From Camelus dromedarius (taxonomy: Eukaryota): a stretch of 64,000 nt of DNA. Below are positions 52,543-64,000 of this stretch, in pieces. The notes under the pieces were generated by a model. It was not told where the DNA came from and did no database searches. It worked only from the letters and a program-made list of their open reading frames with translations. Position numbers and translations under genes: made by a program. Each line of letters begins with the position of its first letter. The first letter of the stretch is position 1. Location of the stretch: NCBI RefSeq assembly GCF_036321535.1, contig NC_087437.1, positions 46,316,001 to 46,380,000 on the forward strand. Reading direction: 5' to 3'.

Positions 52543-55500
52543 CTGAGTTAAGCACTTATTCCTAAGTGTTTTCCATGTTTCATTGCTTTAGTCTTACAGT
52601 ACACCTACAGAGTAAATACTATTACCCATGACTTACATATGAGGAAACTGGGGTGAAAATAAACTAAATGAGCTGCCCTATAATACAGCGGCTGAACTGG
52701 GACTTTCACTTGGGTTTGCCTAAATCCTCCGGGTGTTGTGGTCTCACCTCACAGTCCTCCACTGATAAGAATCACCTCTGTGCCAAGTCCTTTCGGACCT
52801 CAATCCTTTTCCTCGTAGCCGCATTCTTGTAACGTTTGTTTCATACCAGCAAACTGCTCTTCTACTTCTTACCATGTTTTACATAGCAGAATCACAAACT
52901 GGACGTAAGTTTCTTAATCGTGTTTTGGCCAATGCAGAGGGGTTTATGAGAATGGACACAGATCTAACATTAAGGATTAGACAATACCAGTGCTTCCTGA
53001 TGGAAATCATATGTAGATAACAAAGACTGTGCCAGTGAAGTGTCTACTTTTTTGAAAGTATCTTTACTTTTTTTGAAACTTCCATCATCCCTTGATGACT
53101 TTTTCTCAACCTAGGCTTATGTTTCCCGCTACCATTTAAAGTCAGAAAATAAACAAATCCTTGAATAATATTCCTTATCAGATATAAATTTAACTTCTTA
53201 ACTTTAATATGCAAAGGTCAGACCTATGGCTACCTAGGCTGTCTGGGCTGCAGAGTACCTTGGTTCTTTTCATTTCAACAAAATGGACATCTTAGGATAC
53301 ACGGGGACAGAGAGAAGACAAGGCACTTTATTTCCTGAAGAACACAGAGTTCTAATATTACTCATAGTCTCTCAGTCTCTGTGTGAAGGTGGGCATTCTA
53401 AGGCTCCTGGGCCCTGGAGTGGTTTTTGCTCCCTTAGTGACTTGGGCAGTTACCGCCAGAAGAGGTGCCTGTGGTGGGTACAGTCCAGTGTCTGTTCCCA
53501 GCAGGACTGTGGGCAGATTTCTTTCTGGCCTCAATATTAAGCAAGGCTGTGGTTCTTCCAGTAGGTAGCTTGCTTCTTTCAAAGATACTGCAAATATTTT
53601 CTCCTTTTGCTTGGCCTCTAAGAAGCTTAGTTCCAAGTTTAAGTCTCTACCATGTTGTCCTCTACTTGGTTCAGGCTTCATCTTACTTTCCCATCCTTAT
53701 TTTTCATTAATCTGGATTTCTTTTATTGTTTTAGATGCTTTTGTACTTTATGCATCTCTGAAAGCAACTTCAAATCCCTTTGAGAATGAGGCTGAATGTA
53801 AATAATCAATACTATTAATACGTAACATTTGAACAGCTTTATTCTTTTCTGTTGAATGAAGTAATCTACTGTGTTTACTTCCCTCCAAATAATTCAATGA
53901 AATAATAATTCAATGAAAGGTTTTGTTGTCTGGACAGAGCCAGGGCCCACCATGGTAAAATCTGACTTCAGTGATCCTTGTAAAAATTTTGCAGGTTACT
54001 TCTGCATCCGTGGAGCAGAACATATAATTATATTGGACATTTTAATAGTTCTTGATACCTGGTGTCTCATTCTAAAGAACTTAATAAATTCTGACTGCCA
54101 CCAACAATGAATGAGGTGGCCAGAATTGTTGCATCTTTGCCAGAACTGGGATATATGACTACTTTTTTCTACATTAACAATACATCCCTTTCATTTCTAA
54201 GATTGGTTTCTCAAATTAGGGACCATGAATTTCTGGGTGACTTCATAGATCCTGAAAAGTTCTTGGTTTCAGAAAATGATTTTGCTGGAAAAGAGGCATC
54301 AGGTCACTGTTCTGAAATCAGTCTTTAGCTATACAATTTAAATGTAGAGATCCTGATTAAGAAATAAGAATAACATTTAAAGAGGTGAAAATGTATGCTA
54401 ACAAGAAGGCTAAGGAGGGCTAATCCCTTCCAGTTAGGAGAGAAGAAGGCTGAGGGCTAGCGTATGATAAAACCTTATGAAAGGCATTTCATACTGGTTT
54501 ATTGGATGGATTAATGAATTTACTAATCAACTAATTTGTTATTAAAGAACAAACTTTTAAAAGTATCTATTTATTTTAGGTAAAAATAGGTAAGACCAGG
54601 TGGATCTTGTTTTGTACACACTGCATTAACATTTTTATGTCTGGCTGCTTTCAATGGAAAAGTCAGAGTACCATAATATAGGACCATAACATTTCAAACC
54701 TTTAGGTTTTTAAAGGAAAACTTAATTCATATGTTCTAAATTTGCACTTAAGTCATTGAAATGTGGCACAGTAAAGACTGCTTGATGTCTAAAGAAACTT
54801 CTAGATTTTTCTGTAAATAATCATGTTTGTCAGTTTTTGTCAAGAGTAAAATGAATTAGGAAACCAGAAGGCTTTGCAGAGTGGAATCAAGCTGTTTGAA
54901 CAGGTTCTACATTTGAAATAGTTAACTTTCATTTTAATCAAGATACAACTCTGAAAATAGAAATAGAGGATATTTAAAACATGGAAAGCACAAAGTTAGT
55001 GAAAGAGTCCATTTCTGAAGCCAATATTTTCCTTATGTCATCACTTATTAATAAAAACAATGCATCTCCTTATTATTCTTTCTTCTCTATTTTCCCACAG
55101 AAAGACTGTACTTATGAAAAGGTTGGTTCAGCTAGCTGAACACATCCTTATTGCCAAAGAGAAGTTGTACCTGGTAGAGGAGACAAACAAGGGTCAGCAC
55201 ATTATGAATAAGTGTATTATGTGCTTGAGCGTTGTACTAGAGCTTCAGAGTGCTACGGGATATGCACAGTGAAAACATTAATTGGCAGAGAACAGACTGT
55301 GGGAAGTTTGACGAAAGAGATGTAGGCATTAATTTTAACACCTTAGCTAATAGCTGCACACATGATTTTACTGTTTGCTAGGTGAACCCGGAAGATGAAA
55401 TAATATGGACTGTGAAGTTTGGGCTTCTCTTGCCTGGAAGAGGCCATGGAATGAAGACATGTGCCTCTGGCACGTGGTAAGAGGGATTAGGACAAGCAGA

Positions 55501-57199
55501 GTGGGGACAAAGAGGAGATAAGAGAATGGTCAAGGCAGGTAATAAAAGAAGAATATATCTGTGCTTTTGTTCCAAACTTTCTGTCACCAGTAATAAATTG
55601 CCCCACCACCCACCTGGAATCCTCTCCAACCCATTCCTTCAAGGTTAAGTTCAAAGCTTGCCTATTCTGTGAAGGCTTCTCTTACCCTCCAGGCAGAATT
55701 TTCTCCTCTCTCCTTGGAGGTTTTATTAGCACTGTAGGTTTTAAATGAAGAAGATCAAAAGCATCCAAATCTTGGAATTATGCCAAAAGGATTTTAAAAA
55801 TTAACATGAGTTTTTTTCAAATATAGTATTATAATAACTGAAGACTCATTTTGCTAGAATTCCCAGCACACAATGGTGGTGATCCTGTGGTCTGCCATAA
55901 CTGCTTGGTGATGGAGGGGGTGGGGTGGAACCCTCAACATGGCCTTGGCCGTCTTCCAGGTGATGCATGAGTTAGAAAGAGTCTTGGTCGTTCTCAATCA
56001 CAGTGCTCCTTTGGAATTAAGGTGTCTAAACTCATTAAGCCAGAACAGATTAACTCCTAGATATGCCATTAAAACATCTTCTACAATGTTCTCGTTCAGC
56101 TTTTATTCTGTCATAGCACTTATCACATTGTTTAAAGTGAGGTCCAGAATAGTTACATCTTGTACGTGTTTAAGTTATGCATTTTGACCTGTAAACCAAT
56201 GAGGAAGGGAGGAGTTGCTGGGAAGAAAGTGAGGAGAGAAAGCAGATGAAAAGACCATGAAAGAGGGAAAGCAAGAAAAAGGTGACAACTCTACTGGAAA
56301 AGTGTGTGCCTTTTGAAACGGGGAGTGGGTTTAAGTTGGGAGACATGAATCTCATGCTGCGTTAGCTGATCTCAGTTTCTTAAGCTTTTGTTGGTGGGTA
56401 TCTCTCTGAGCTGGAGAAGCATCTAGTATTTAAATATTTATTTTTCACATACTATCAGCCTGAATGCAGGACAAGGAACTGCTCCATTAGGGACCTGATC
56501 AAAGAATAATCACTGCTAACACTGGAGGAAAACCCAGCCCTTTCTTAAAGGATTTTCAAAAGAAAATTTGCCGAGGATTTGTTTCAGTTTTTGTCTTAAG
56601 AGCTGACTCTAGAAAACGACCCCAAGTCAAATGCAGTTCCTCTGGACTCTATTAGATGGTGAGCACTTCAAAGGCAGGGACCAGGACTAGTTACTGGCCA
56701 TTTTTGTGTTCTGTGCTCCTAGAAGTCTTAATTAACACTGGCTGGATTAACAAGATCATCTCTTCTGCAGCTTCAGAACAGCTCTCCTACCCACCCTGCC
56801 CTCTCTTAACTTATGATAGATATTGACCCAAATTACCTTCTATTTGTGCTCTCTGAGTGGGCAATTTGCTTCCTTTAGACTTGTCCAGGGGAAACAGTTA
56901 ACTCCTTACAACCAGTGTCTTAGAGAAGTGCAGTTGGATATGCTGCTTGCTTTGACCACACCTTCTGCTCCTCTCCTAATTGATTTAGTAAGAATGCCAA
57001 GCTGCTCTAGAAAGAAGCAGGGTCCACAGCCTTTTCTTCCAGACAGGCGGGGAGGGCAGGAGTAACAAGGCAGGAGGATGAATTTGGAAGGACGATGGAG
57101 CCTCTGCTTATTTTAACCCCTCTTGGATCTCAGCTGAAATGATGCTGTTGTCTGGGGCATGGAAGGGGTTAACTGGCTTTCTCCTCATCCTCCCTCCCT

Positions 57200-57780
57200 A
57201 CTCACGGTGAGGTGACGGTTGCCTTGGGTGCAGCCTCAGCCTGGGAGAGCTTGTGTGCTCCTGCTTCACTGTTTGGAAGCTGAAAACAGAGCTGGAACAG
57301 AGAGAAGCAAATTGTTTCCCGGGTGCATGTTCAGTAGAGCACTGCTTAAGTCACTCCCGGCCTCCCGGAATCGTTTCTGAAACGAGGTGGGGCTGAAGTA
57401 ATTAGGTAAATAAATGAAATAACAGAAAATCGAGAGGAAAGAAAACTGTTTCTCCTCACTATACAAGTTACTTTCGGACAGCTCATTTACTAAATGCCAG
57501 GCAGCCAGCTCCTTTTTAGCCTCCTTCCTCTGTGGTCAGCTCAGCTCCTCAGTGGGGTGTGGGGAACTGGGTATCAGGCTCTCCACAGGGGTGATTCTGG
57601 CTCAGCGGTTTGCAGAGCCCAGCCCCCTCCACGGCTTCCCGTCCCCCGCCCACCACCACTGAGACCACCCCTTCAGCCGGGCAACCTATCGGTGGGCGCT
57701 GCGACAGGAACTCAGACAACTGCTGACAAACATCCACTCCGGATTTGTCTGGAGCTGCAGTTGTGGGAGGCTCTTTGGCC
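57200..57780. promoter_or_regulatory. Weak CpG island / promoter-like segment
   Basis: About 18 CpGs in ~560 bp, a GC-box-like 'cccccgcccacc' near 57643, and a minus-strand donor at 57205. Confidence 0.5.
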
Positions 57781-58682
57781 TAGCAGCATCCATCAGAGAT
57801 ATTTTCAGAAACCAACCTAATACAAAAGATTCCCACTGCAATATTAACAGGCAGCCTCTGTACATCTTGCATTTGAGAACCGTACTTAATACCTAGATGG
57901 CAACGGCTCAAGTTGTCAGATCCAGTAAAAGCCAGAGAAAGAGCAGCATAATATTTACAGGCTGAATGGTTTTGAAACAGGAAATGCTTCCGGCATAAAA
58001 AGAGATGAAATTTATGCTAACAGTCAAAATCACTTCAAATCTGGGTTATTAAAACCAGTATTGTATTTTTCAAAAGCCACATGAACCCAGGTAACAGACT
58101 TTAAGAAGACCAAGTAATTCTAAAGGACATTAGACAAAAAGAGCAATTTAACTGTAAATTAGCAAGATGGTAATGAACAGGGATTGCTCATTTCCTCTCT
58201 GTACTTTTTTTAATGGTGGTTGGGGGATAAAAGCTTTCTTACATGAGGGGAAAATAGCAGGCTCAGTTTATGGAAAATTCAAGTGATGGTCATAAATACA
58301 TATGCCACTCTGTATTTTAATTGGAAAGCATAATCTTCATAGGAAATGAAGCAAAAGGTTAGGGTTCTTTCAGCTACTAGTTAGATTTTTTAGAAAATTT
58401 TCCATAATTCAGTCTTTTATTTTTCTTATTGGGTTTCATGTATCTATAAAAAACCACAACTAAATGAATAGTCTTATACCAGCACCTGCTTCCATGCGCA
58501 TTTATTGTGCAAGGTCAGAAACCCCTAAGTGTAAGAACTCTGTAGGACTGAGTAAGAGGGATGACTCTAGACCCCAACACACTGACAAAGCAGTAAGGAG
58601 CATTTTGATTTGGTTTTAAACATGTATTCCATTTGTTCAAATGGACAAGAATCCCCTCCCAATTTGAACATTTCTATAAATG

Positions 58683-58710
58683 TTTTTTTTTTTTTTTTTT
58701 TTTTTTTTTT
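58683..58710. repeat. Poly-T tract
   Basis: Directly visible. Confidence 0.95.
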
Positions 58711-59842
58711 GCCTTGGGAGAATTTTCAGAGGTAAAAATGGAGGAAGGAAGTGGCCAAAAGGAAAAGATAGATGTTTGCCTTCCTTCTGCCTCAGATATA
58801 AATATTCTGTGCTGTCTTTTTCTTGGATATCAGAAGTGAGGATGTACAAGTCTGCCCAGTGCTTTTTCACTTTATGTCACCATTGCAAGATAAAGAAAAG
58901 AGACCTGTTATTAAAAAAAAAACCACCTCCCCCAACAATCAGACTGAAAATCCAGCAACGACTAGGTATAGTGAAGAATTACACTAAATTATTTACTGCT
59001 CAGAATGTCCAAGTATAATTTTCAAAAAGTTAAAACATGACTTTCATACAAATATAGGAAATGAACACATGCCAAGGATATTATCCAACTCATCAATTAA
59101 TGAGGAAAACAATAAAATCAAAAAGCTGGTTCAAAGAGCATTTGAGGAGCTGGTTGTTCATAAGGTGATGTAATGAAGGAATGTTTCGTTAGATTGCTGT
59201 GTTAGAAACAAACTGTTAAGCAGCAGCAGTACAAGGAACCTGAACATTTGAGGTTGTTTTTTTCTCTCAGAAAACACTGCTTCTGTACCAGACATAGGTC
59301 TACAAGATAACATGTAACTTCACAGGACCTGAGCCTTTAATTTATATTTTAAGTTTTCAAGTCAAACAATAGTTGGTTATTTTAGAAAATTAAATGATCC
59401 TTGAGCAAACAGGTCTGTTAAACACTGTTTCAGTGTGACTTTGAAACAGTGTGCACTCATCCTCTTGTCCTTGTTTACAAGTTGTGGGTAACTTTTTTTA
59501 ACAAGTGACATAAGGAATTCTGAATTTACCACCTAATCATCTGTTACAATTTTCTTGACAGCATGGTGCTTGGTAAAAATGAAATTTTAATCAAGTATCT
59601 GTCAACCTTTTGTTACTCCCTTGATTCTTTCAATATTGGTAGTTGGTGCCTGTGTACTTTGCAGCTCATAAATTAGGCTCACTGATTGTTTCAGCTCTGA
59701 GCAGCCTGCTTGCTGAGCTGGAGGAACCATCAGTGACAGTGAGAACCTATTCTGCTATGGTATGCAACGGTGCTAGGAGATTGTGACGTAAGCTTCCTTC
59801 TCCTCCACCTCCCTTCTCCTCCACCTCCCAGCCCCCTGCCGC

Positions 59843-59844
<2 letters not shown>

Positions 59845-59891
<47 letters not shown>

Positions 59892-59913
59892 CACACACAC
59901 ACACACACACACC
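59845..59913. repeat. Interrupted (CA)n microsatellite
   Basis: Directly visible. Confidence 0.95.
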
Positions 59914-60109
59914 CCTCACCTAATGGGAGTGATGAGTCTAGACAATTTCATAAGGACAGGGAAAGCGCAAATCCTCCGAGAAGAAGCTAACCTTCCTTTG
60001 GGTTTCTTGATTAGCTAAGCAATAGAACTACAGACTCCTTGCACTGGACAGGACCTTAGAGGTTGACTATACCCACTTCCCTGTCAAAGCAGGAGTCCCC
60101 AGAACAGCC

Positions 60110-60385
60110 TTCTCCTGTGATCTTTGTAAATACAAATTCAATCCTGTCACTCTCATGTTAACATCAGTCAGTGGCTCCCCACTGCCCTCAGGATACAGTC
60201 CAATTCCTAACATGACTTACAGTCTGTCCCCTTTTCTCTCTCTCCACCCTCAAACCTCTACACTCTTCTCTTGCACCTTTTCCTTTTAGTATATGAATTT
60301 GCTTTAGTTTTTCAGATGTGTCTTGTCCTCATTAACCTCTGTGCACAGGCTGTGTCTTCTCTCTGGGTAATTCATAGTCTGCAGG
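60110..60385 (+). mobile_element. L2 fragment
   Basis: 'cagtggctccccactgccctcaggatacagtccaattcctaacatgactta'. Confidence 0.7.
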
Positions 60386-60709
60386 CTTAATCTGAAGAAG
60401 AACTTGTAAATTGCACCCAAAGGTTCTTATTTGCCTCTGAGCATTAATATTCAATACCTTTTTGTCCCTGAGCTGGAACTAGTTGTGAGACAGAAGAATA
60501 GAATTGGTAGATCAGGAGATTACAGGATTGACAGAAATGTAGGGCACTGAGATTTTGGCCAGCATCTGATGAAGTTGCTCATCACATCTTTGAGAACCAT
60601 GTGGAGGGAAGCAGGCGCTGAGTGAGATCTGTAACTGGTAGAATACAGAACTTCAAGGGGGCATGAGTTGTCAGTAGCATGCTTGAGGGAGGGCTTTGTC
60701 ATTGCCCTT

Positions 60710-61575
60710 TGCTGGTCATTATTTTCATAAATGTTTTCGAGGTGGACCTCAATGGCAGGCTGATGAAATTATCAAATGGACTCAAGTTGGAAGAAGTTAA
60801 TATTTTAGGTGAAGATTAGTTGCCAAAATGTTCCTGACATATTGCAATGATGGGTTATATCTAACCAGACACATTTTAAGTGGATAATCACAGTGAAACA
60901 GTGCAGAGACAGGATAAGGTGGGGATAGGGAAGGAGATTTGGAACAGATGTTTGTTGAGTCTAGTTGAGGGTAGGTTTCACGTGAGTCCCCAGCGTGACA
61001 TGACTTGCAAAAAATAGTTAAGATTTCTTGGCTGAATTAATGAAAGCATAGTATTTATATCAACGTCAGTTTTAGTGTCATTTTTTCCTCCTGACTTGCT
61101 CAACTCAGAGATGGGAATCTCTGTTTGGATTCAGGTATTATATCTCAGGATGCTGGAAAACTGGAGTGTTTTCAGAGGAACGCACATCAGATGGAGAGGA
61201 GATGGAGAGCTTTGTGGGAGAATTGGGGGAAGACATCTCCATTATTTAGCTTGGGAACAAGAATGCGAATATAATAATTGTTTTCAACTATGTGGAGGGC
61301 TAGTACATGGATGAAGAATTTATTTTATTTTGTATGGCTGTACAGGCAGAGCTAGGACCAATGAGGGAAAGCGGTAGTTAGAGAAAGTGGCTTAATATAG
61401 CTCCCTTCTGACAGAGAGAGCATCACAAAACCAAGCTGCCTGGGAAGCTATGACTTCCTCATCACTGAAAATATTCAGAGGCCAGAGAACCAGTGACCCA
61501 TTGGCAATGTGGAAGGCTTCCAGTATTAGGGAGAAGGTGTTGGGCTATCACACTTTAATATTCTTTCAACTTGTG
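60710..61575 (+). mobile_element. L3/CR1 LINE 3' portion (decayed RT C-terminus and 3' end)
   Basis: Reads 'IFINV...GRLMKLSNGLKLE', which resembles the CR1 RT motif 'IFINDL..GMLIKFADDTKLG'; L3-type tail 'ggcagagctaggaccaatgaggg...cttcctcatcactgaaaatattc'. Confidence 0.75.
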
Positions 61576-61949
61576 CATAATTACTGTCTTCTTATTAAGG
61601 CTTATATTTTACATAGCACACACACTTAAATAAATATGTATAAGGAGCAGCTTTCTCAATAGCTCCTTATATAACTGATGTGGTGTAATGGGAAAAGTCT
61701 GTGTTCTGCGAACAAATTGGCATGACACTGTCTGGCTGTATGAGCTTAAGCAAATCATGTAATTTCTCTGAATCCCTATTTTGTAAACGGAAAGGACTGA
61801 TACTTCTAGCTGAGATAAAGCAATTGCAAACATGAATATAGATTGAAAGTATAAATAATGTTGTGAAATAAGCTAAGAGAAAACAAATGATCAGACAGTG
61901 AGGGTCACAGATTCAGATGAAGGCTGGGTCACTGTGAGCTGGGTAAATG

Positions 61950-62150
61950 ACAGCAGTTAGTGCAGTGTTTGCTGTGTGCTACGTACTGTTCAGTGCTGTT
62001 ACATTCATTAGCTTATTTTACCCTTGCCAGAACCCCGTGAGGAGACCTAGCCACAGAGGAGGTAAGTGGCTTCCAAGGCCCCAGGGCCACAGCCAAGTCG
62101 GGAAGTGCGCCCAGGCGGTCTGGCTGCAGAGTCTGTACGCTTGTTTGGTT
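61950..62150 (-). mobile_element. MIR SINE (further MIRs at ~61680-61870 + and ~62535-62720 -)
   Basis: 'cacagaggaggtaagtggcttccaaggccccagggccacagcc'. Confidence 0.6.
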
Positions 62151-64000
62151 TACTGCCTGTGAAGGAGGCGTCACAGATGAGCAGTGTTTGACCCACAACG
62201 TGGTTGCAGTTGAGGCTAAAATCCATCCTACTGGGAGTTCTGGAGGTGAAATGGCCCTTTTGAACTGTCCCAGATTTCAAGAAGGGGGCTGGCCTTTGTA
62301 TCCCCACTCAACCCAAGTTTACCCCTGGGGACAAGAAACAGTGGCTGGCTGACAGGCATGTAGTAGAGGGCAGTTTCTAGTGAGGAAAGCAGCTGGGAGA
62401 GTAAAACAGCCCATCTTGCCAGTGTCTGGGGCACTGGTGTGTGGGTGACGAGGCATCTGGGCAGAGCACCACAGCGTCCACTACAGCTGGCGTGGACCAG
62501 GCGCGATGAGGACGGCCTGGTGACGATGGTGACTGTTACTCACCAAGGCTTTCTGGTGTGGCAGGCTCTGTTCTATGTATCTTATTCACATTAACTCATT
62601 TAATCCTTGTAATACTCCTATAAGGAAGGTTCTTCTGTTTTTCTTTGGAGGTAAAGTCACTGAAGCACAAAAAGATTTAATAGTCAGGGCATGATCATTC
62701 AGCCATTAAGTGCCAAAACGAGAATTTTTTTTTAAAGCGCTTTTTTTCCCTAAATTTACGTCTAGTAAAATTCAATCCTTTTGGTGGACATTTATATTAA
62801 TTTTGACAAATGACAAGTGATATGTAGGTACAGAATAGTTCCATCGCTAGCCCCCTGTAAATTCTTCAGGCCCTTTCTAGTCAGCTATTACTGTTGGCCT
62901 CATGTCTAGCAACAACTGATCTGTTTTGGCTCCTATAAACTTGCCTCTATTAGAAATTGTTATTGATTATTCATTTGTAACAAACGCAGTGTTTATGCAA
63001 TCTGTATCCTCTGCCCCAGAACCATGAGTGATCACCTCCCTTTTCAGCCACTTCTATAACTCCTTTTTTTTTAATGGGATGGGGTGGGTGTGCCTCCTCT
63101 GGAACTCTTGACTGTTTTCGGTCATGGAAAACTGTGGAAGCCATGACTTTGGGGACTGTCCTGGGGCTCTGCTGCCTATTTTCTTCCATCAGCCCTTTGA
63201 AAACTACAGCTTGGCATCACTGTTGAACATGGGGCTTTTCTGTGAACTATGACATGTCTGAAGCATGTTGTGGGAAGCCAGGAAATCTCAGAGCCTCCTC
63301 TGTTCTGAGATCCCCACTCTCACCTGCGATCTCTGATGTGGACACAACTGTGGTCCCACAGTTTCAACCAAGAGAGGGGGCAGTGTGCCAGGCCACTCTT
63401 CAGGTCCTCACAGCACATGAGCCCTTGGGACTTACGTCTTAAGCAAGTGGTGGGAAGACTGGCCTTTGGACGTCCAGCTCCCTCTTGAAGTCTTCCTGTT
63501 CTTATGAATGCTTGTTCTCAGTCCTCCAGGATTTAGCTTTTGATACTCAAGCCAAATCGTCACAATCTCCAAAAGGTTTTTTTTGTTTGTTTGTTTGTTT
63601 GGGTATTTTGTTTTGTTTTGTTTTTTGTTTTTTGCCTTAGGTGCCTGCCTGTGCTAGTGTCATGAATCCACTTTGGAAAAAACACTGTTTTCCCAGAGAA
63701 GCCCCACTTACCCACTACAGACCACGGGGGTGGGAGAAGGATTACTGAGAAGGAATATACAAATGTTGTCATTGTCTTGGGTGGGAGAGGATGTGGTAAG
63801 GTTAGCATTGGAATTGGGGCGGAGGTGGGAGGCGTCGGGACTGCTGTTGTGCCTTAGAGCTTGACAAACCTTCTGGGATTCTGACAGAGCCTTGCCTCTC
63901 CCTGGGGACCTCACTTTCTATCATTGCTTACCAATGTCTTTCATTGTGTGGTATGTTCTTAAATATGCCATCCTGTATCAAGAGATTGATCAAGGGTCAT

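Noticed and set aside
53946..53960. Strong Kozak context cccaccATGG
   Set aside because: Followed by a short unrecognisable ORF, with no promoter features or convincing exon structure.
59425..59441. Iron-responsive-element-like C-N5-CAGTGT motif
   Set aside because: The upper stem tgttt/gactt does not pair.
1..64000. Supplied ORFs as host protein-coding genes
   Set aside because: All are short (153 aa or less), I recognise no host protein, and the recognisable ones are decayed L1 ORF2 fragments or microsatellite translations.
1..64000. CRISPR arrays, operons or other prokaryotic systems
   Set aside because: The sequence is clearly mammalian and no repeat-spacer array is visible.

Overview
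This is mammalian non-coding genomic DNA: AT-rich, CpG-depleted and dense in interspersed repeats. It is most probably from a camelid, because three tRNA-derived SINEs have the structure I recognise as the camelid vic-1 family. I found no recognisable host protein-coding exon. The supplied ORFs are either decayed L1 ORF2 fragments or chance ORFs. The window holds L1, L2, L3/CR1 and MIR retroposons, MaLR/ERVL LTRs, hAT/Tigger DNA transposon remnants and microsatellites. All repeat family names come from recalled consensus sequences, not from a search. The most notable observations are: (1) a TSD-bounded L1 that keeps its 5' end and nearly all of ORF2 but has no ORF1; (2) a twin-priming-type inverted L1 3' end; (3) a chain of well-bounded minus-strand candidate exons that could form a spliced lncRNA or 5' UTR; (4) CpG-retaining motif clusters (ISRE+CRE at ~12.7 kb, Oct/HNF1/TCF/ETS at ~29.2 kb, E-boxes at ~43.2 kb, promoter-like at ~57.5 kb); and (5) a MER53 miR-1302-like hairpin. 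I cannot support a claim of a new biological system from sequence alone.
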